Assembly (NCBI RefSeq): GCF_018350175.1
Contig: NC_058368.1
Span: 110,238,001-110,302,000, forward strand
DNA length: 64,000 nucleotides
Source of the DNA: Felis catus
Taxonomy: Eukaryota
Reading direction: 5' to 3'
Below, piece by piece: positions 1 through 13,523 of the stretch (position 1 is the stretch's first letter; the number at the start of each line of letters is the position of its first letter). The notes under the pieces are model-generated. The model saw only the letters and a list, made by a program, of their open reading frames with translations, was not told the DNA's origin and did not search any database. Both the position numbers and the translations under genes were made by a program.

Positions 1-671
1 AGCCACCAGCCATTCTGAGACGGCGGATGCATGCCTTTCAGAGAAGGGCAATAGCGGTAACAATGTTGCCTGTGCCCCTCCGGCGTTTTTCCTGCATTAA
101 CTGGCTGTACTTTTCCAACCAGATATTACCCCTCCTTCCGCAGCAAGTTGCCTTTCATAGAGAATTTTGTTGTTTAGCAAGAATCATTTCTGTTCTAACA
201 GGCGCAGTCGGGAACAAGAATTCAAAATAAGTCATCTTTAAGATCTTCTAATCAGAAGGAGAGGGCACCAGGCCTTCGACCCCATAAGTCACATGCAACC
301 ATTCTGGGTCTAATTACAATACTCAAGCAGGAGATGTAGGTGTTAGCCCCAGCAAGGAGAGCTACAGATGATTGAGAGTAAATTTTGTATAGGAAAAAAT
401 TACATGAAATTACTTGTGATAAACAAGCAGCTAAATTAGACTGTGGGCACCACTGTGTTAAAAAAGTAGCAATATAAAACAGATGCACATGAAAAGAACC
501 TGAAAGGAAATAAACCAAAGTGGCAACAGGGAATAGGTTTCCAGATTTCTTTTCTCAATTTTTCTTCTCCTCTTTCTCTTACTCTTTTCCTTTTCCTCTT
601 CCCTCTTCCTCACTCTCTCCTTCCTTCTTCTTTTTTTCCCTTTACAATGTGGTTGAATTACTTAGGTACAT

Positions 672-731
672 AAAAACAAAACAAAACAAAACAAAACAAA
701 ACAAAACAAAACAAAACAAAACAAAACAAAA
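672..731 (+). repeat. (AAAAC)n microsatellite
   Basis: About 12 perfect AAAAC units. Confidence 0.97.
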
Positions 732-1295
732 CCAGGGGTTGAAGGGGGAAGAGAGCAGAAAGGGAGATGGGCTGAGAATATCTCAGAGAATGTAACCAGA
801 CACCAAAACAAAGAATCCTGAGCAGTGGTGAGGGACCTGTGCCTGCTTCTGTCCCTGCAATCCTGCACAACTTTGTGTGGCCTCAGGGAAGCAATTCCAG
901 TCATCTATGACACACTGAGTGCGGACTACACACTGCAGGGTGTTGGAGAGCACTCCAGAGCAACCTCAGGGCTGCCCCTTGAGATGTTCCATGTTGGGGG
1001 CAGAGGTGGGGATGGGCATATGCCAAGGCACCAAGTGACAGGCAGAGCTTCCACAGGGCACAAGCCACTCTCAGGAGGAACACAGTACTCCCAGAGGAGA
1101 AAACAGCATATTCCATATTCAGCAAACAGCCCTGCATACCTACTGTGCGTCCCACATGGTGCCAAGTGCTTAAACTGGGGAGCTGCTTGGTTCCTGCTGT
1201 TAGAAAGTGTAGGGCTGAGCTCAGGCACTGGTAGGAAGGAGTGGAGGGTGGAAAGTATTCAATGAAGGGAGTTTTATAAACAGTGTTGTTTTTCA

Positions 1296-2004
1296 AAATT
1301 AAACCATTGGGGCTACACCAAAACAAAAAGCTTCTGTAGAGCAAAGGAAACCATCAACAAATGAAAAGGCGACCTAGTGAATGGGAGAAGATACTAGCAA
1401 ATGATATATCTGAAAAGGGGTCACCATCCAAAATATACAAAGAACTCATACAACTCAACACACACTAAAAACAATCCGATTAAAAAATAGGGAGAGGACT
1501 TGAATAGACATTTTTCCAGAGGACATCCAGATAGCCAACATACACACCAAAAGATGCTCAACATCACTTATCATCAGGGAAGTGCAAATCAAAACCATAA
1601 GAGATACCATCTCATACCAGTTCGGATGGCATCCAAAAGACAAGACACAACAAGTGTTGACGAGGATGTGGGGAAAATGGAGCCCTTGTATACTGTTGGT
1701 GGGAATGTAAATTGGTATAATCACTGTGGAAAACAGTATGGAGTTTCCCCCCAAAATTAAAAATAGAAATATCACATGATCCAGTAATTCTACATTGGGT
1801 ATTTACCCAAAGAATACAAAAACGCTAATTCGGAAAGATACATACACCCATCCCTGTGTTTACAGCAACATTATTTACAATAGCCAAGATATGGAAGCAA
1901 CCCAGCATCCATCCATCCATCGATGATATATGTATCTATATATTTATATATTAATATTTGTATATTTATATACTTATACACGTATATATTTAGATTTGTA
2001 CATA

Positions 2005-2037
<33 letters not shown>

Positions 2038-2508
2038 GATAGAATATTACTCAGCCATTAAAAAGAATGGTTTTGCCGTGTGCAACAACATGGATGGATA
2101 TAGAGGGTATTATGCTACATGAAAACAGAGAAAGATAAATGCCATATGATTTTACTTATATGTGGAATATAAAAAAAGAAAACAAAACAAAAAAACCCAA
2201 ACAGACTCTTAAATATAGAGAATAAGCTGGTGTTTGCCCGAGGGGAGAAGGGTCAAAGCAGGGGTGAGATAGATGAAGGAGATTAAGAGGTACAAACTTC
2301 CACTGATGAAATAAAAAAAGTCATGGTGTTGAGAAGTATAGCATAGGGAATGTAGTCAGTAATGGTGTAACAATAATGTGGTATGGTTTCAGGTGGCAAC
2401 TACACTTATCACGGTGAGCAAAGAATAATGCATAAAATTGTCGAATCAATAGGTTGTATACCTGAAACTAACATAACACTATGCAAATTATACTTAACAA
2501 TGAATGAA
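1296..2508 (+). mobile_element. 5'-truncated L1 (ORF2 3' end + 3' UTR; L1MA9/L1_Carn-like), degenerate
   Basis: L1 ORF2 C-terminal motifs ([29 protein letters not shown]) and an L1 3' UTR ending ...cctgaaactaacataacactatgcaaattatac. Diverged TSD aaacagtgttgtttttca (1278-1295) / aagcagggttgttctca (2509-2525). Internal (TA)n at ~1925-2037. Confidence 0.92.
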
Positions 2509-3129
2509 AAGCAGGGTTGTTCTCATGTCAAGTCTTACGTGTGTATATTATATATGTATATCTTTATTATATATAACACACAATTACACACCATTTTGGA
2601 AAACAAAGAGCTAGGCACTGGAGGATGAGACACGGGCAAGACAAGTTCCAACGGGATGAAGGGGTGAAGGTGTTTCTGCAGCATCTAGAAGAACGGACAG
2701 GGACCAAAGAAGACTGTTCTACCAGAGTACTAGGTAAACACTGAGCACAGGGCAGGGAAAGACAAGAGGGGTTCAACGTCGAATTCTGCTCCTTACTGTG
2801 ACCAAGTGGATCATTTAAGGTTTGTGGAGCTTGTTTCTTCCTCTGAGAATGATATAGTAGGAACTAAGTGCCCTCTTCCCCCCTTTCCCCCCATCAATCA
2901 TCCTGAACCTGCTTTAGAGTAACCATCCAGCTCTAGTCCTTGGGCTGTGTTGACCTCATCCTCAGCACCAGTGGGAAAACATGGTCTCCACTTGAACTGA
3001 GGTGTGATCTTTCCTTTTCTCCCATAAGAGGTGTTCAAGGATGGGCCCAAGACCCAAGGTGGCCCAGGGAGAGGTCCTCCCAGCAGGGAAGGGGCCATCT
3101 CTTGCTTCCCCACTAAGCTCTGAATGCAG

Positions 3130-3240
3130 TCACATCTGTATCCAGTTGTCACTGGCCTTTCCACTTACACATCCCTTTCGCCTTGCTTAAGACAATTTCG
3201 CCTGTATTTCTGTTGCTTGCAACTGTAAATCCTAATCGAT
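3130..3240 (+). mobile_element. MLT1-type LTR 3' fragment
   Basis: tttctgttgcttgcaactgtaaatcctaatcgat resembles an MLT1 LTR terminus. Confidence 0.45.
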
Positions 3241-3247
3241 GTGGAAT

Positions 3248-3365
3248 TGCAAGCTCTGCGAGGTAGGAACTCTGTACCACTTGCCATCCTCTCCTCAGCA
3301 CCCATAAGAATGTCTGGCATCTAGCTGGCTCTCAAAAGCCTGTGGAATCCCTGGATGGATGATGC
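3248..3365 (+). mobile_element. L2 3' end fragment
   Basis: tgcaagctctgcgaggtagg...aatgtctggcatctagctggctctcaaaa...tggatggatg resembles the L2 3' terminus. Confidence 0.55.
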
Positions 3366-4029
3366 AAGTGGAGACAACAGTAGCTCCTTTGTAAATCTGC
3401 TCTTTTTAAGAGAAAAATGATTCTCAATAAACATCATTTCCTTTTCCATTTTGTTGCCCATTATCCCATAAACTCTCTCTAAATTAACTCCCTGAGAGAG
3501 ACCCTATTAACTCTTTATGGCCATTAATTCTTAGTGAGAATTTTTATTAAATTCCCGTTCATGGAGAGGCAGAGTGGACAACCACCCACTGCACCCACTG
3601 TTAAGTTTTAAGCAAGAAAATCACTAGCTGTTTTGGCCACAAAGAGGCTTCACAGGTCATCTGGTTTAATCTCTTGCCTCCACGTCGATGGATTTATAAA
3701 CTGCAGGGTTGTCCCAAGAGCACAGTGATGCAAGTGAGGACAGATGCCAGGAGGCCCAGTTAGATGATGTAAATAAAGCTCCGTTTGGGACAAAGATGTG
3801 AAAATTTCAGGAGACACTGCAGAAAGCGAGATAGGCATACAAGTCCAGGTCCCTAGAGGTCCCCACAGGGACATACACTGGTAGAGGAAATTATTCATGA
3901 GCAACGACAGAGGCCCAGGTCTACTTGCACAGTAACCACCAGAAACACATAGCTGTCAGGGCAGGGCCACCGCTAGTGCAATTCTCCTGCTCATCCAAGT
4001 CAGCATTTAATCACACTAAAAATCTAAAT

Positions 4030-4345
4030 GATTACTTCTCTGCCTCCTCCACCTTTCTTCTGCTGAACTTGAGCCCATGACTCCTATTAAATTCTCCAAG
4101 AAAATGTTAAACAGCTGGTCAGCATTCTTCCCTGAACCACCCTGGAAGACAATAAATTACCTATTTGTCATAATCTCTTGGGCATTGGGATTTAAAAAAT
4201 AAAAAACACAGCTCTTATCTCTTTCCTTCATAGCATCATTTTCTGTCCCTTGATTCACCCTTATTGTGCATTTCTGGACCCTCTCCAGCTTTTTCACATT
4301 CTGCCTAAATTTTGGAGGCCAAAGCATGACATAATGCCGATGCAG
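4030..4345 (-). mobile_element. L3/CR1 LINE ORF2 C-terminal relic
   Basis: Minus-strand translation HYVMLWPPKFRQNVKKLERVQKCTIRVNQGTENDAMKER resembles the CR1 motif YCVQFWxPxFKKDxxKLERVQRRATxMIxGLExxxYEER. Downstream aggagtcatgggctcaagttcagcag resembles RSNGLKLQ. An L3-like 3' terminus lies at ~3635-3690. Confidence 0.75.
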
Positions 4346-4686
4346 ACATCCCTCCGATGTGACTTGCAGCCTGAACAATTTTCAGCAGTATGTTTCACAT
4401 TTAGTATTTCATTGGCCGCCACAGTTAACATTAAGTTAATCGATTACCCAAGTGACACATTCTCTGCATGTGTGTGCCCTAGTGGCCCCTCACAGTCCAG
4501 GGGCTTCAACAGTGGCTTCCACAATTCATTCTTAAAGCCCATAATCATTAACAGAACGCACCATTCAGTTATTTGAGCACCTGCAACTCTACGTTCCTTG
4601 AGGGCAGGGACCACATATCTCAATGTTTTGTTCTGAGACACTGGGAAGTAATCAGCTGGGTACAGCTAAGGAATTGGAAAATGCTG

Positions 4687-4787
4687 GTATATGGACTGAT
4701 TTGTGTTCCCTCCCTCCCAAATTCACATGTTGAGTCCTAAGCCTCCATGTGACTGTATTTGGAGGAAGGACCTTTAAGAAGGTAAGG
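4687..4787 (+). mobile_element. MLT1A/B LTR 5' fragment
   Basis: atggactgatttgtgttccc...aaattcacatgttgagtcctaa...tgtgactgtatttggagg...cctttaagaaggtaa. Confidence 0.75.
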
Positions 4788-4864
4788 CCAGGTGAGCCAG
4801 GAGTGTTCGACTGCAAAGTGGACAACACAGAAAGTTATCCACTTGTTCTTTAAAGATAGTACAT

Positions 4865-5060
4865 GGGTCTCCAGACCAGAGAGACCTGGGTTTGAATCCC
4901 AGCTATTATGTTTACTACAAAAGCGACAGTGAACTTAACCAACATGAATCTTGTTTTTCTCATGTGTCAAGCGAGGGTAATAGCACCATCACGTGGTATT
5001 GCTATGATGATTAAATGTATTAGCCTGACAGGTAATAGCTACCCAGTAAACAGCAATTGT
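4865..5060 (+). mobile_element. MIR SINE
   Basis: agacctgggtttgaatcccagct...tttctcatgtgtcaa...gatgattaaatg core. Confidence 0.75.
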
Positions 5061-5062
5061 TG

Positions 5063-5597
5063 TCATTCAATTATCCATTCATCCGATAGTATTTTAGGCA
5101 CCTGAAATATAGTGGTAACCAACTCTGACAGGACATTTTTCTCTTGGAGCTTACATTCTAGTTCACTGGACAGACGTAAGCTATAAATAAGATAACCCTG
5201 GGTAACAGCTGCTGTGAAGGAGCTAAAGACTGTAATGGTGGTGGAAGGCAATGGGGGCCTCCTTGTGATGAGAAAGTCAGTAGTGGCCCTTCCCGGGAGT
5301 TCACACCTGAGGGGATCGCAAGGGTAGGAGGGCAGCAGCCATGAAATACCTGAGGGGAGACATTCTAGGCAGAGGAAGTAGCACGTGCAAATGCCAAGCG
5401 TGGAATCGAGTTTGTTCTACTTGAGGGGCAGAAGGAAGGTATGTCATTGCATCTGGAGCACAGGGAGTGGGAGGGAGGTCAGGAGGAGATGACTGGGGAG
5501 AGGCAGACAGAGTGAGATCATACAGGGTCTTGCAGGCTCTGGGAAGAAATTGGATTTTATCCTCAGCATAATGGAAGGCCATTGGAAGGCTTATGGA
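5063..5597 (-). mobile_element. L2 fragment
   Basis: tcattcaattatccattcat...ggagcttacattctagt...cattctaggcagaggaag...ggaaggccattggaagg matches the reverse complement of the L2 3' region. Confidence 0.8.
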
Positions 5598-8500
5598 GAT
5601 AAATTATTATCATTACTCTGGGTTTTCCAAAGTCTGACAAGACAAAGGGAAAAGACTTTATGATGACTGAAGGGTAAAAAACCAGAGTCACAGCCTCTGG
5701 CAGTGTAAGACAGAAGGGTCAGAGCACTGTCAACCCCAAGGAGTTGATGAGGAACACATACCACTTGTCACCTTGTCTTGTCATAGATGGCCAGAGTTCG
5801 GGAAATAGAGGTGGAGAGCCGACTGGCCTAGATAAGCCTGCTGCAGACAGAGCTCCATAGAACTTGAGCTTTCTCCAAACCACACCACTTTGGACCAGCA
5901 CTACCACAATATCTGGCACAAAGAAGACCCTCCAGAAAAGCTCACCAAGTGGGTTATGTGATACCGCAGTGATCCAAAGGCAGAGTTGAACTCGAGAAGG
6001 TCACATCCAACATACGCCCTCCAGGGTCTCTCACCTGTGCTGCCTACTTCATGGAGGATGCCATCCCCTCAGATCTGCTGAACGTAAGACTTCAGAACTG
6101 AATTTGACCTTACTCTACTCAGTAAAGCCCTTCAGAGCCACCTAATGTTGCTAACTTGTCTGCAAAAGCTTTAAAGAATCCTTGACCACTCTATGTCACA
6201 ATAACCTCACAGATCAAACAGACCTGTGAGACTTCACCTTTTAAGCCCTGCTATGTGGGGTCTTCCCAAAAGAGTGCCATTGCAGCCTTTCTGCTCTTCT
6301 GGAAAAACAGGCCCAGGGTCGATAAGTCCAATTACACTTGATGTCTAGAGGATTTCTATTAATTATGTATCTCTTCGGTTAAAAATGCAAATTATCCTTG
6401 GCAGCCATTTGGATCTCCATGTGAATTAGCTTATCACACACATCCCAACCCTAAACCAAGCTGTCCAAGTGGGATGTCTGATGAGGCCTAGGCTCCCAGG
6501 AGCTGGATTCCTTCTCCCCACCACTGTCTGTGTCCATATCTGGTCAGCCTATCCTGGCTTCCCCTTCATGGAAATGCAGAGGCCCCACTTGAAGGCAGCT
6601 CCTTTATTTCACAGTGTGAACGCACAGATGCTTAGGGAAGAATTAGAGCTGGCTAAATTAGGTGGATTCAAAACATCCTACCCATGAATGTCCCCAGCTC
6701 TGCATCTATAGCTGTCTCATTTGATGGTGGATGGGGGGAAATTTTATTCATCTTAAGCAAGCTCCTCACAGTCTCTGATCTCCTGAGACTGGTAAACGGT
6801 CATCAGTAACAGTACTGGCCTTGGCAATGATGCTATCCTCACTAATAAGCGATGTCTCAGCTGCGTAATTGCCAGCAAAAGAGCACCTCGTCCAAATTAA
6901 CCTCTTCAGGGAATGAAAATAAGAGCATCAAGAATTTCAGAGTTCACAGGACTTGTGCACAACCCCTTGTCATACAGATAAGGAAATTGTGTCAGAGGAT
7001 GATTAGGGCCCAGGGTCCCACAGCCAATTATAGGGTGCCAGGACTAGAATCTGGATCCCTAGCCAAACAACTAGAGCACTGGGTCACTCCACCAGCCAGT
7101 GAGAGTTGTTGATATTCTCACATAATCTCTTCAGATATGTTGAGTGATGAAAGCTAGGTGATGTATGGAAGTGATAAATCACTTGGTGTACACCTGAAGC
7201 AAATAAAACATTGTAGGTTACCTAAATAGAATTATAATAAAAACTTAAAGAAATTGTCAGACAAAGATTTATTAGTTGAGCATGTATTATGTGCTCTGTA
7301 CCATGCCAGGCACTAGGGTCCTGGGGAAGACATACTGGCTTGTTCCTTCTTTCAATAACTATCCATTGAGCACCTATTAGGTAGCATACACAGTGAGGGC
7401 ACAGGTTAAAAGCACAGGTAAACAGCTTTGATTCCTGGCAGTATGATTTTACTAACTGAAATGAGACACTGATATTCACCACACAGTTACTGAGTGTATT
7501 TATTTGAGGAAGGCTGGACCCAATCTTTGGCCCATAGTAAGCAATCAACACACCCTAACTATTTTTATTCTCATTAAATAGCTGGGGAGATGAGGCACTT
7601 CATGAAACCAAGGGGTTAGTCTCATCACCAAGCACTGACCAATGAGGGGTGGGTGTGGGGTGGAGAGGAAAAGAGAGATAAACAGAGATGAACAGAGAGC
7701 AGCTGAGAGGAGACTCTAGCCTGATCTTGGGAGGAAACAGAAATTTTCCACCAAGAGAGGAAGCCAGAATGCAGAGCCAGAAGAAAGGAACTATGCTAGA
7801 GCAGGGTGGGGCTTGTCAATGGAGAGGTAGATGAAGACACACCAAGGATGGCCTCAAAATGTGGGCAGAAGAGCAGGCAGGATTCCCTGCAAGCTCCATG
7901 CGACAGCCACTTAGGTCTCCACGTGAATTAGCTAATCCCACAGGCTCTGACCTTACACCAGGCTGGTCAAGTGTGCAAAAACAATGTGGATAAGTAGTGG
8001 AGTGGTGCCAGGTGGCAGTCTGGGGGCAGAGGAGCTGTTGCAGGGAACCAGGGATGACAGCAAGCAGGGGAGGGATGGATCCAAAGAGGAGTAGAAAGAG
8101 CAAAACATGGCGGCCAACCTGGAGATAGGAGATGCAGGGCCAAGGGGGAGCTTGTGGGCATGCTGGGATTTTGAGCTCAGGGGGGGTGCTGTTGCCAGTT
8201 GACTCCCATCATCTTCCAAGGTCTCTGAGGAGGTGTTTCCCAGTCCCTTGCCTTCCACCCAAAAGAAGGACGGGGCGGGGGGTGAGGGGGGTGGGCAGCA
8301 AGCCGCTCTAAGTCTGTGAAGCCACAACCCATGTGGGCCGAGAGGAATCCCAAGCTCTGTCCAGAGCACCTCACCAAGCCCATGCAGCCCTCTCCAAAAG
8401 ACTGCTAACATGCTGCTTCTCAGTCACTGCAGGCTCCCACTGGCTCTTGTTTGGTTTCTCCACTGCTGGAAAATGAGAGGTTTCGGTGGAAGATGAAAAA

Positions 8501-8785
8501 TTATCCTTTATTTTGTTTCTGTGTTTGAATACCTTCCACTTCTCTGTAAATTGAAGGGTGTATTTTTGTACTCCATCTAATGCTTGGCTAACAGAACCAG
8601 AGAATCAAAAATTAGTCAAGGTTCCAGGAAGACTGATGCAGCTTGATGCCTCATCGAGACACATCACTCTCATCCAAACTGTTTCATTCCTCTTGAAAAC
8701 CAGGGTTCACCCCAAACCCAGGTGGGCCAACCAGTGCCCATTCTCCCCTCCCCCCGTCAGTTGTAATCCCCACCTCCCTCACCAT

Positions 8786-8812
8786 GTGTGTGTTTGTGTG
8801 TGTGCGTGTGAG
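8786..8812 (+). repeat. imperfect (TG)n
   Basis: tgtgtgtgtttgtgtgtgtgcgtgtga. Confidence 0.8.
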
Positions 8813-10189
8813 TGTTCACTGCAATACTGACCAATGTTATAAGCATTCCAGACACACACTGCAGTTAAACAACCAGGAATCATTTCTGGAAATGCAGGCC
8901 AGAACTGATCCTGTAAGAGCTGTAAACTGAATAGCTGAGGGACCTGGGAGTAGCAAGAGTCATTCACATTTTGATTTCCCCCTTCTTTTTTCTCCTTGTT
9001 TGGAAACTTTCAGGTGCAACATAAACAGAAGCACGAACAGAGTGAGTGGACGGTGGAGTAAGGACCAGCAGGGCTCGTCACCCTGAGAGGCAGGTGCAGC
9101 TCTGGGCCCAGGCAAGGGGGTCCTGGTGATGCCCGATGGCCAGGGTGCAGCCACACGGTAATTCAGCCTCAGCCTTGCTCGGCCTCAGCTCCCAACACCC
9201 AGGAGCACTGGGCACCTACCTGCAAGTCTGTGAAAACACAGATCTCATTAAGTTAGTCTATGCTGAGAGTGAGGGTGACCCCTGGTCATCAGGTTCCATC
9301 CAAGCACCACAATGCAACCTTGGTAAATGTTTGCCAATTCACCTCAGGGAGGTGGTTAACCGTGTCCACCTTGGACAGGCAGAAGGTGATTCTAGAATAA
9401 TGGCTGCAAGTGAAACACCATCTGCTTACATGCAGTTTCAGCAATGATTCTTAGGACATACCATGGTGGCTCCAAGAAATAAGCCACAGTGAACAAAGGG
9501 GCACTTCCCTTAGGAAGATGAGCTGCCTGTGAGGCTTTACTGTGGTCTGCAAAACTTTGCACTGCCCACCACCCGGTCTGGTCTCTTGGCTTCTCCTTCC
9601 CGACCTGAGATCTGGCCACACTGAGTCTCAGTTCCTTACTCGAGCTGCACTCTTATCCTCTCGGGGCTTTGCTCCTGGGATTCTCTCTGCTCCAGACACC
9701 CTTCCCCCACCTGGCCCTGCCTTCCCTGACCCTGCCAGCTCAACCCCTTCTGTTGTCCTCCAGTAGACGTCCCATCCTTGGGAAAGGTATCTTGACTGTC
9801 TTGTCTGAACTGGATGCCCCATGTGTATTCTTACGGTGTGTGTCACACTGTACTGAAATTCTGTATCATATATGCTCTTTGTCATATGGCCACTCTGTTC
9901 CCAGCACCCAGGCCCGGGCCTGGTGCACATTTTTCTGTCAACATTTGTTGGTATGATCTCATCAGGGGACGATGCAGGGGTGGTGCTGAGATGCGGGCTA
10001 AACTACTCCCACCTTGCTCTCTGGCAAGCCAAGGTCACCACGTCCCAGACAACAGCTCCTTTTGACCACTTGGCTCGTTTCAACTCAGGTGATGTGACAC
10101 CCAACAACCGGGCAAGTCAGCCCAGCGGGGAACATCACCTTCCACCTTAAAAATCAGCAAATGGATATGTCTAGAGAACACCTGTTCTC

Positions 10190-10551
10190 TTCCTTTGAAC
10201 ATAGAACAGGATGATCTATCCCACCCATCCTTGCCATTAGATGTGGTAAGTCCTCTCAGTCACAATGTGCATGGCAGTAAGCGTGCTACCCCCAGGTCTG
10301 GCTGGCAAGAACCCCCCCGAGCCATGCCTCCATTGTTGCTGCTGGGGCGGGCTGGGCCACCGACACCCAAGGCGATCTTGGAAGCGGCTGTCAGCCCGGG
10401 CCCCTGAATGACCACATGGAGGACAGCTGCTTTGACAATCTGAACACTTGCCCAGAACCGTTCATGGAGCAAGAAGTAAATTTCTATGGTGTTGAGGCAC
10501 TGAAATGTTGGAGCCCATTTGTGACTGTAACCCAGCATACCCTAATAAATA
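10190..10551 (+). mobile_element. MLT1 (J-like) LTR
   Basis: ccttgccattagatgtgg...ccctgaatgaccacatggag...gagcaagaagtaaatttctatggtgttgaggcactgaaatgttgg...ccctaataaatac. Confidence 0.75.
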
Positions 10552-10769
10552 CGCTGAGGCTTGGAAAAGATAAACAACTTGTCCAAAATACTAACAAACA
10601 AAGCCAGAACCAGAATCTATGTTTTAATTACGAATCTTCACACAAGACTGTGCTGAACTAGCATTCATCCCAGGGTATTTCACTCAGTGGTCTTTTTGCC
10701 TTTTCCACTAGCCATTGGCTACCAGGAACCTGCCTAGCGTCAAACCTGGTACACAGTAGGCTGTCAATA

Positions 10770-10874
10770 TTTTATTTATCACACACTTCTATAATGCTTA
10801 CTATGTGCCAGGGTCACATCAAAGGTTTATATTTATTTTTTATTTTTCAGAGACAGAGCACTAGTAGGGGAGGA

Positions 10875-10911
<37 letters not shown>

Positions 10912-11130
10912 CCAAAACAGGTTCCAGACTCTGAGCCATCCACACAGAGACCGACATGGGGCTCGAACTTATCAACTGCTAGATCATGATCTGAGCTGAA
11001 GTTTGATGCTTACCCAACTGAGCCACCCATCTGAGGCGCCCCATCTAAGGTTTAATTCTCTTAACTTCATGCGATTCATATTACCATCATCTCCATTGTA
11101 CAGATGAGAAAACCGAGGCACCACTGCCTC
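10770..11130 (-). mobile_element. MIR, interrupted by a CanSINE
   Basis: atgcttactatgtgccagg on the left; ccattgtacagatgagaaaaccgaggcac on the right. Confidence 0.7.
10830..11041 (-). mobile_element. CanSINE (SINEC, felid type)
   Basis: tRNA-derived head, (CT)n tract and A-tail. TSD catc(a/t)aaggttta at 10817-10829 / 11042-11054. Confidence 0.95.
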
Positions 11131-13057
11131 CCTAAGTGCCCATCCAAGCATTTGGGAAACCCTGAAACCCAATCAGAGCATCTCCAGTGCTGAACCCACA
11201 GCCGAGCCCCCGGAAACCCAGCAAAGGGCAAAGCTTTGCTTCACTAGAGATTCACTTCAGAGTTGCTGGTTCAGATCTCTGCTGAATGCTTTTTTTGTAC
11301 AACACTATTCATCTATAATAACATTCATTTTCTATAGAAAAGGCACAGAAAGCAGTAAAGTGGGTTTTTTGTGCAGCAGTGCCCCAAACATGGATCCAAC
11401 CCGTGACGAGGAGACACCGGCTTTCTGTAACCGTTTCTCTTTTCTAAGGTAGCAACTCCAACCTTTGGAGCGTGACACCCAATTTGCTGGTTTGGATTTT
11501 GTGGCACTTTCTTCCTCCCCTCCTCCAAACTCAGCTAAAACTGCTGTGTTCTGCATTTTTGTTTTTCGTTTGAAGCAGATGGTTTGAGAATTCTGTGCCA
11601 GCCTTTGAGACAACTGGAGGCACCCTGGGGTGCTGTAAAACCAAGGGTGGGAATCACTGATCTAACGAAGAAAAAAGGTTCAGGGAAAACTAGTGTATCA
11701 GCATAGTTTTAGCGTATCTCCAAATTTAGCATAGCCCCAAACTGCAGCATGATCCACAGAGCACTGCCACCCAAGTATTGTCGCTGCTCACACTTGGTTT
11801 CAAGGTTAGAGCAGGTTAAAAACACCTTGCAGGACTCCCAGCTCCCTCCTCTGCTCCCTTCTCCTCGCTGGCTGTTCTAAGACAGCTCCCACAGCAGTTC
11901 TCAGGGCCACCTGTAATCCGGAGTCACACAACGTGTATTTTTGTACTAGCAACAGCACCTTCAAGAGAAAGGTAGGTAAACAAGCACAAGTTAAGCAAAA
12001 ATATCATCCCTGGCTTCAAGGAGATGGCGGTCTAGGCAAGAAGATAAGACGCACACATTGTATGCTCTCATGTGTCACAGAGAAGATCCAAGTGTATTAT
12101 AGAAATAGAATCCCGTCTTCGCCTCTTAGAACTTGCTGTGTGTCTAGGCTGCTATTAGGTGGACCAACAGTTAGGGACCCTTCCTCGACCACAGGGACCC
12201 CTTAAGCCCCCAGATACACAAGACATCTTGGCAGAGAAAGGCCAAGTAACAGCTGAACCCAGGCCCGCACCCTAGCGTGGAGATCTGGCAAGATGAGCTG
12301 GTCTAAGTGGGGTCTGTGAGTTGCAGACACAAACACCCACAAACTCTGATCCGGAATCTTGCCACACTTACTCGGGCTGCAAACAGCAAGGACACAAAAG
12401 CAGGGCTTGCCCCGGTCCCCAGTGTCGCCAGGCTGCAGCAGGCAGCATCCAGACCTGGGACACAAACCTAGAGACAGCACTGTACCCTGAGGGGTGCTGA
12501 CAGCTTCTTCACCGGAGTGCTAATCCCAAAAAAGGATGGGCCGCCTCCAACCCAACTGACCCCCCTCCTAGGGTCTTTCTGGGGACCACTGATGTGACTC
12601 TGTCTTCACATTGCTGCTTTCAACATCTATCCATCAAAATCTTAACAACCTTCTGACTGACACATTTCCATACACCAGGTATTACAAGGTACCACTTTTG
12701 GAGAAAGTGCAGTCCCCTGCCCCCCGGTACCACAAGAGAAGCATGAAAGGAGAGGTGGGTGGGGTGGCTGGGGTGGCTGGGGCGTGGACCTCGGTGATTA
12801 CACGGCAGGAGAGGGAGCCCTGTCACAAGCCTGAGATTTATTGCTGCCAGTCACTCACTTAGGAGGCTTTGAGCTTCCTGCTTGTGCTGCTGAAGATCGG
12901 CTGGGAAGAACCCGGGCTTAGCGGGTGTGGTGTGGACCTCCCTGTACAGAAACCCAGCCCCTCCAGGCTGAACTAGTTACCTAGAGGGACGTGGTTCCAA
13001 GCAGGTCTCTCAAATCTGGGGAATGTGTGCTGACGGAATGAGCATCAAATGATTTTA

Positions 13058-13523
13058 CAGCAGCCCCCCATTATCCGTGGTCTCACTTTCCCTGATTTCA
13101 GTCTCCCACAGTCAACTGTGTCTGGAAGCACACGATCTTCCTTATGACTTATGATCAGAAGGCAACAGCGGGTTGAGGCCACATCACACACTGGCATCAT
13201 TCATCCCACTCCATCTCATCACCGGAGGCATTTTAACACCTCACATGATCACAAGAAGGGCGAGTGCAGCACAATAAGGTATTCTGGGAGAGAGAAACTA
13301 TATTCACATATCTGACGACTGTATATTGTTACAACTATTCTGTTTTACTCTTAGTTACTATGTTAATCTCTTACTGTGACTAATCTATACATTAAACTTT
13401 ATCACAGGTATGTATGTACAGGTTACACATAGTATACATAGGGGTTCGGTACTGTCTATGGTTCCAGGCATCCACTGGGTGTCTTGGAACACATCCCCCA
13501 CAGATGAGGGGGAGAGACTATTG
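13058..13523 (+). mobile_element. MER44/Tigger7-type non-autonomous Tc1-mariner DNA transposon, full length
   Basis: Terminal inverted repeats cagcagccccccattatcc / gatgagggggagagactattg. TA TSD on both sides (13056-57, 13524-25). Internal ggggttcggtact...caggcatccactgg. Confidence 0.88.

Noticed and set aside
11185..11660. Possible hAT element ending ggcaccctggggtgctg...gggaatcactg
   Set aside because: Only one TIR-like end is recognisable; no matching left end or 8-bp TSD was found
8558..11947. Exact 15-mer gtgtatttttgtact at 8558 and 11933 (both ORFs start MYFCT)
   Set aside because: There is no flanking similarity, and a 15-bp match of this kind is expected by chance in 64 kb
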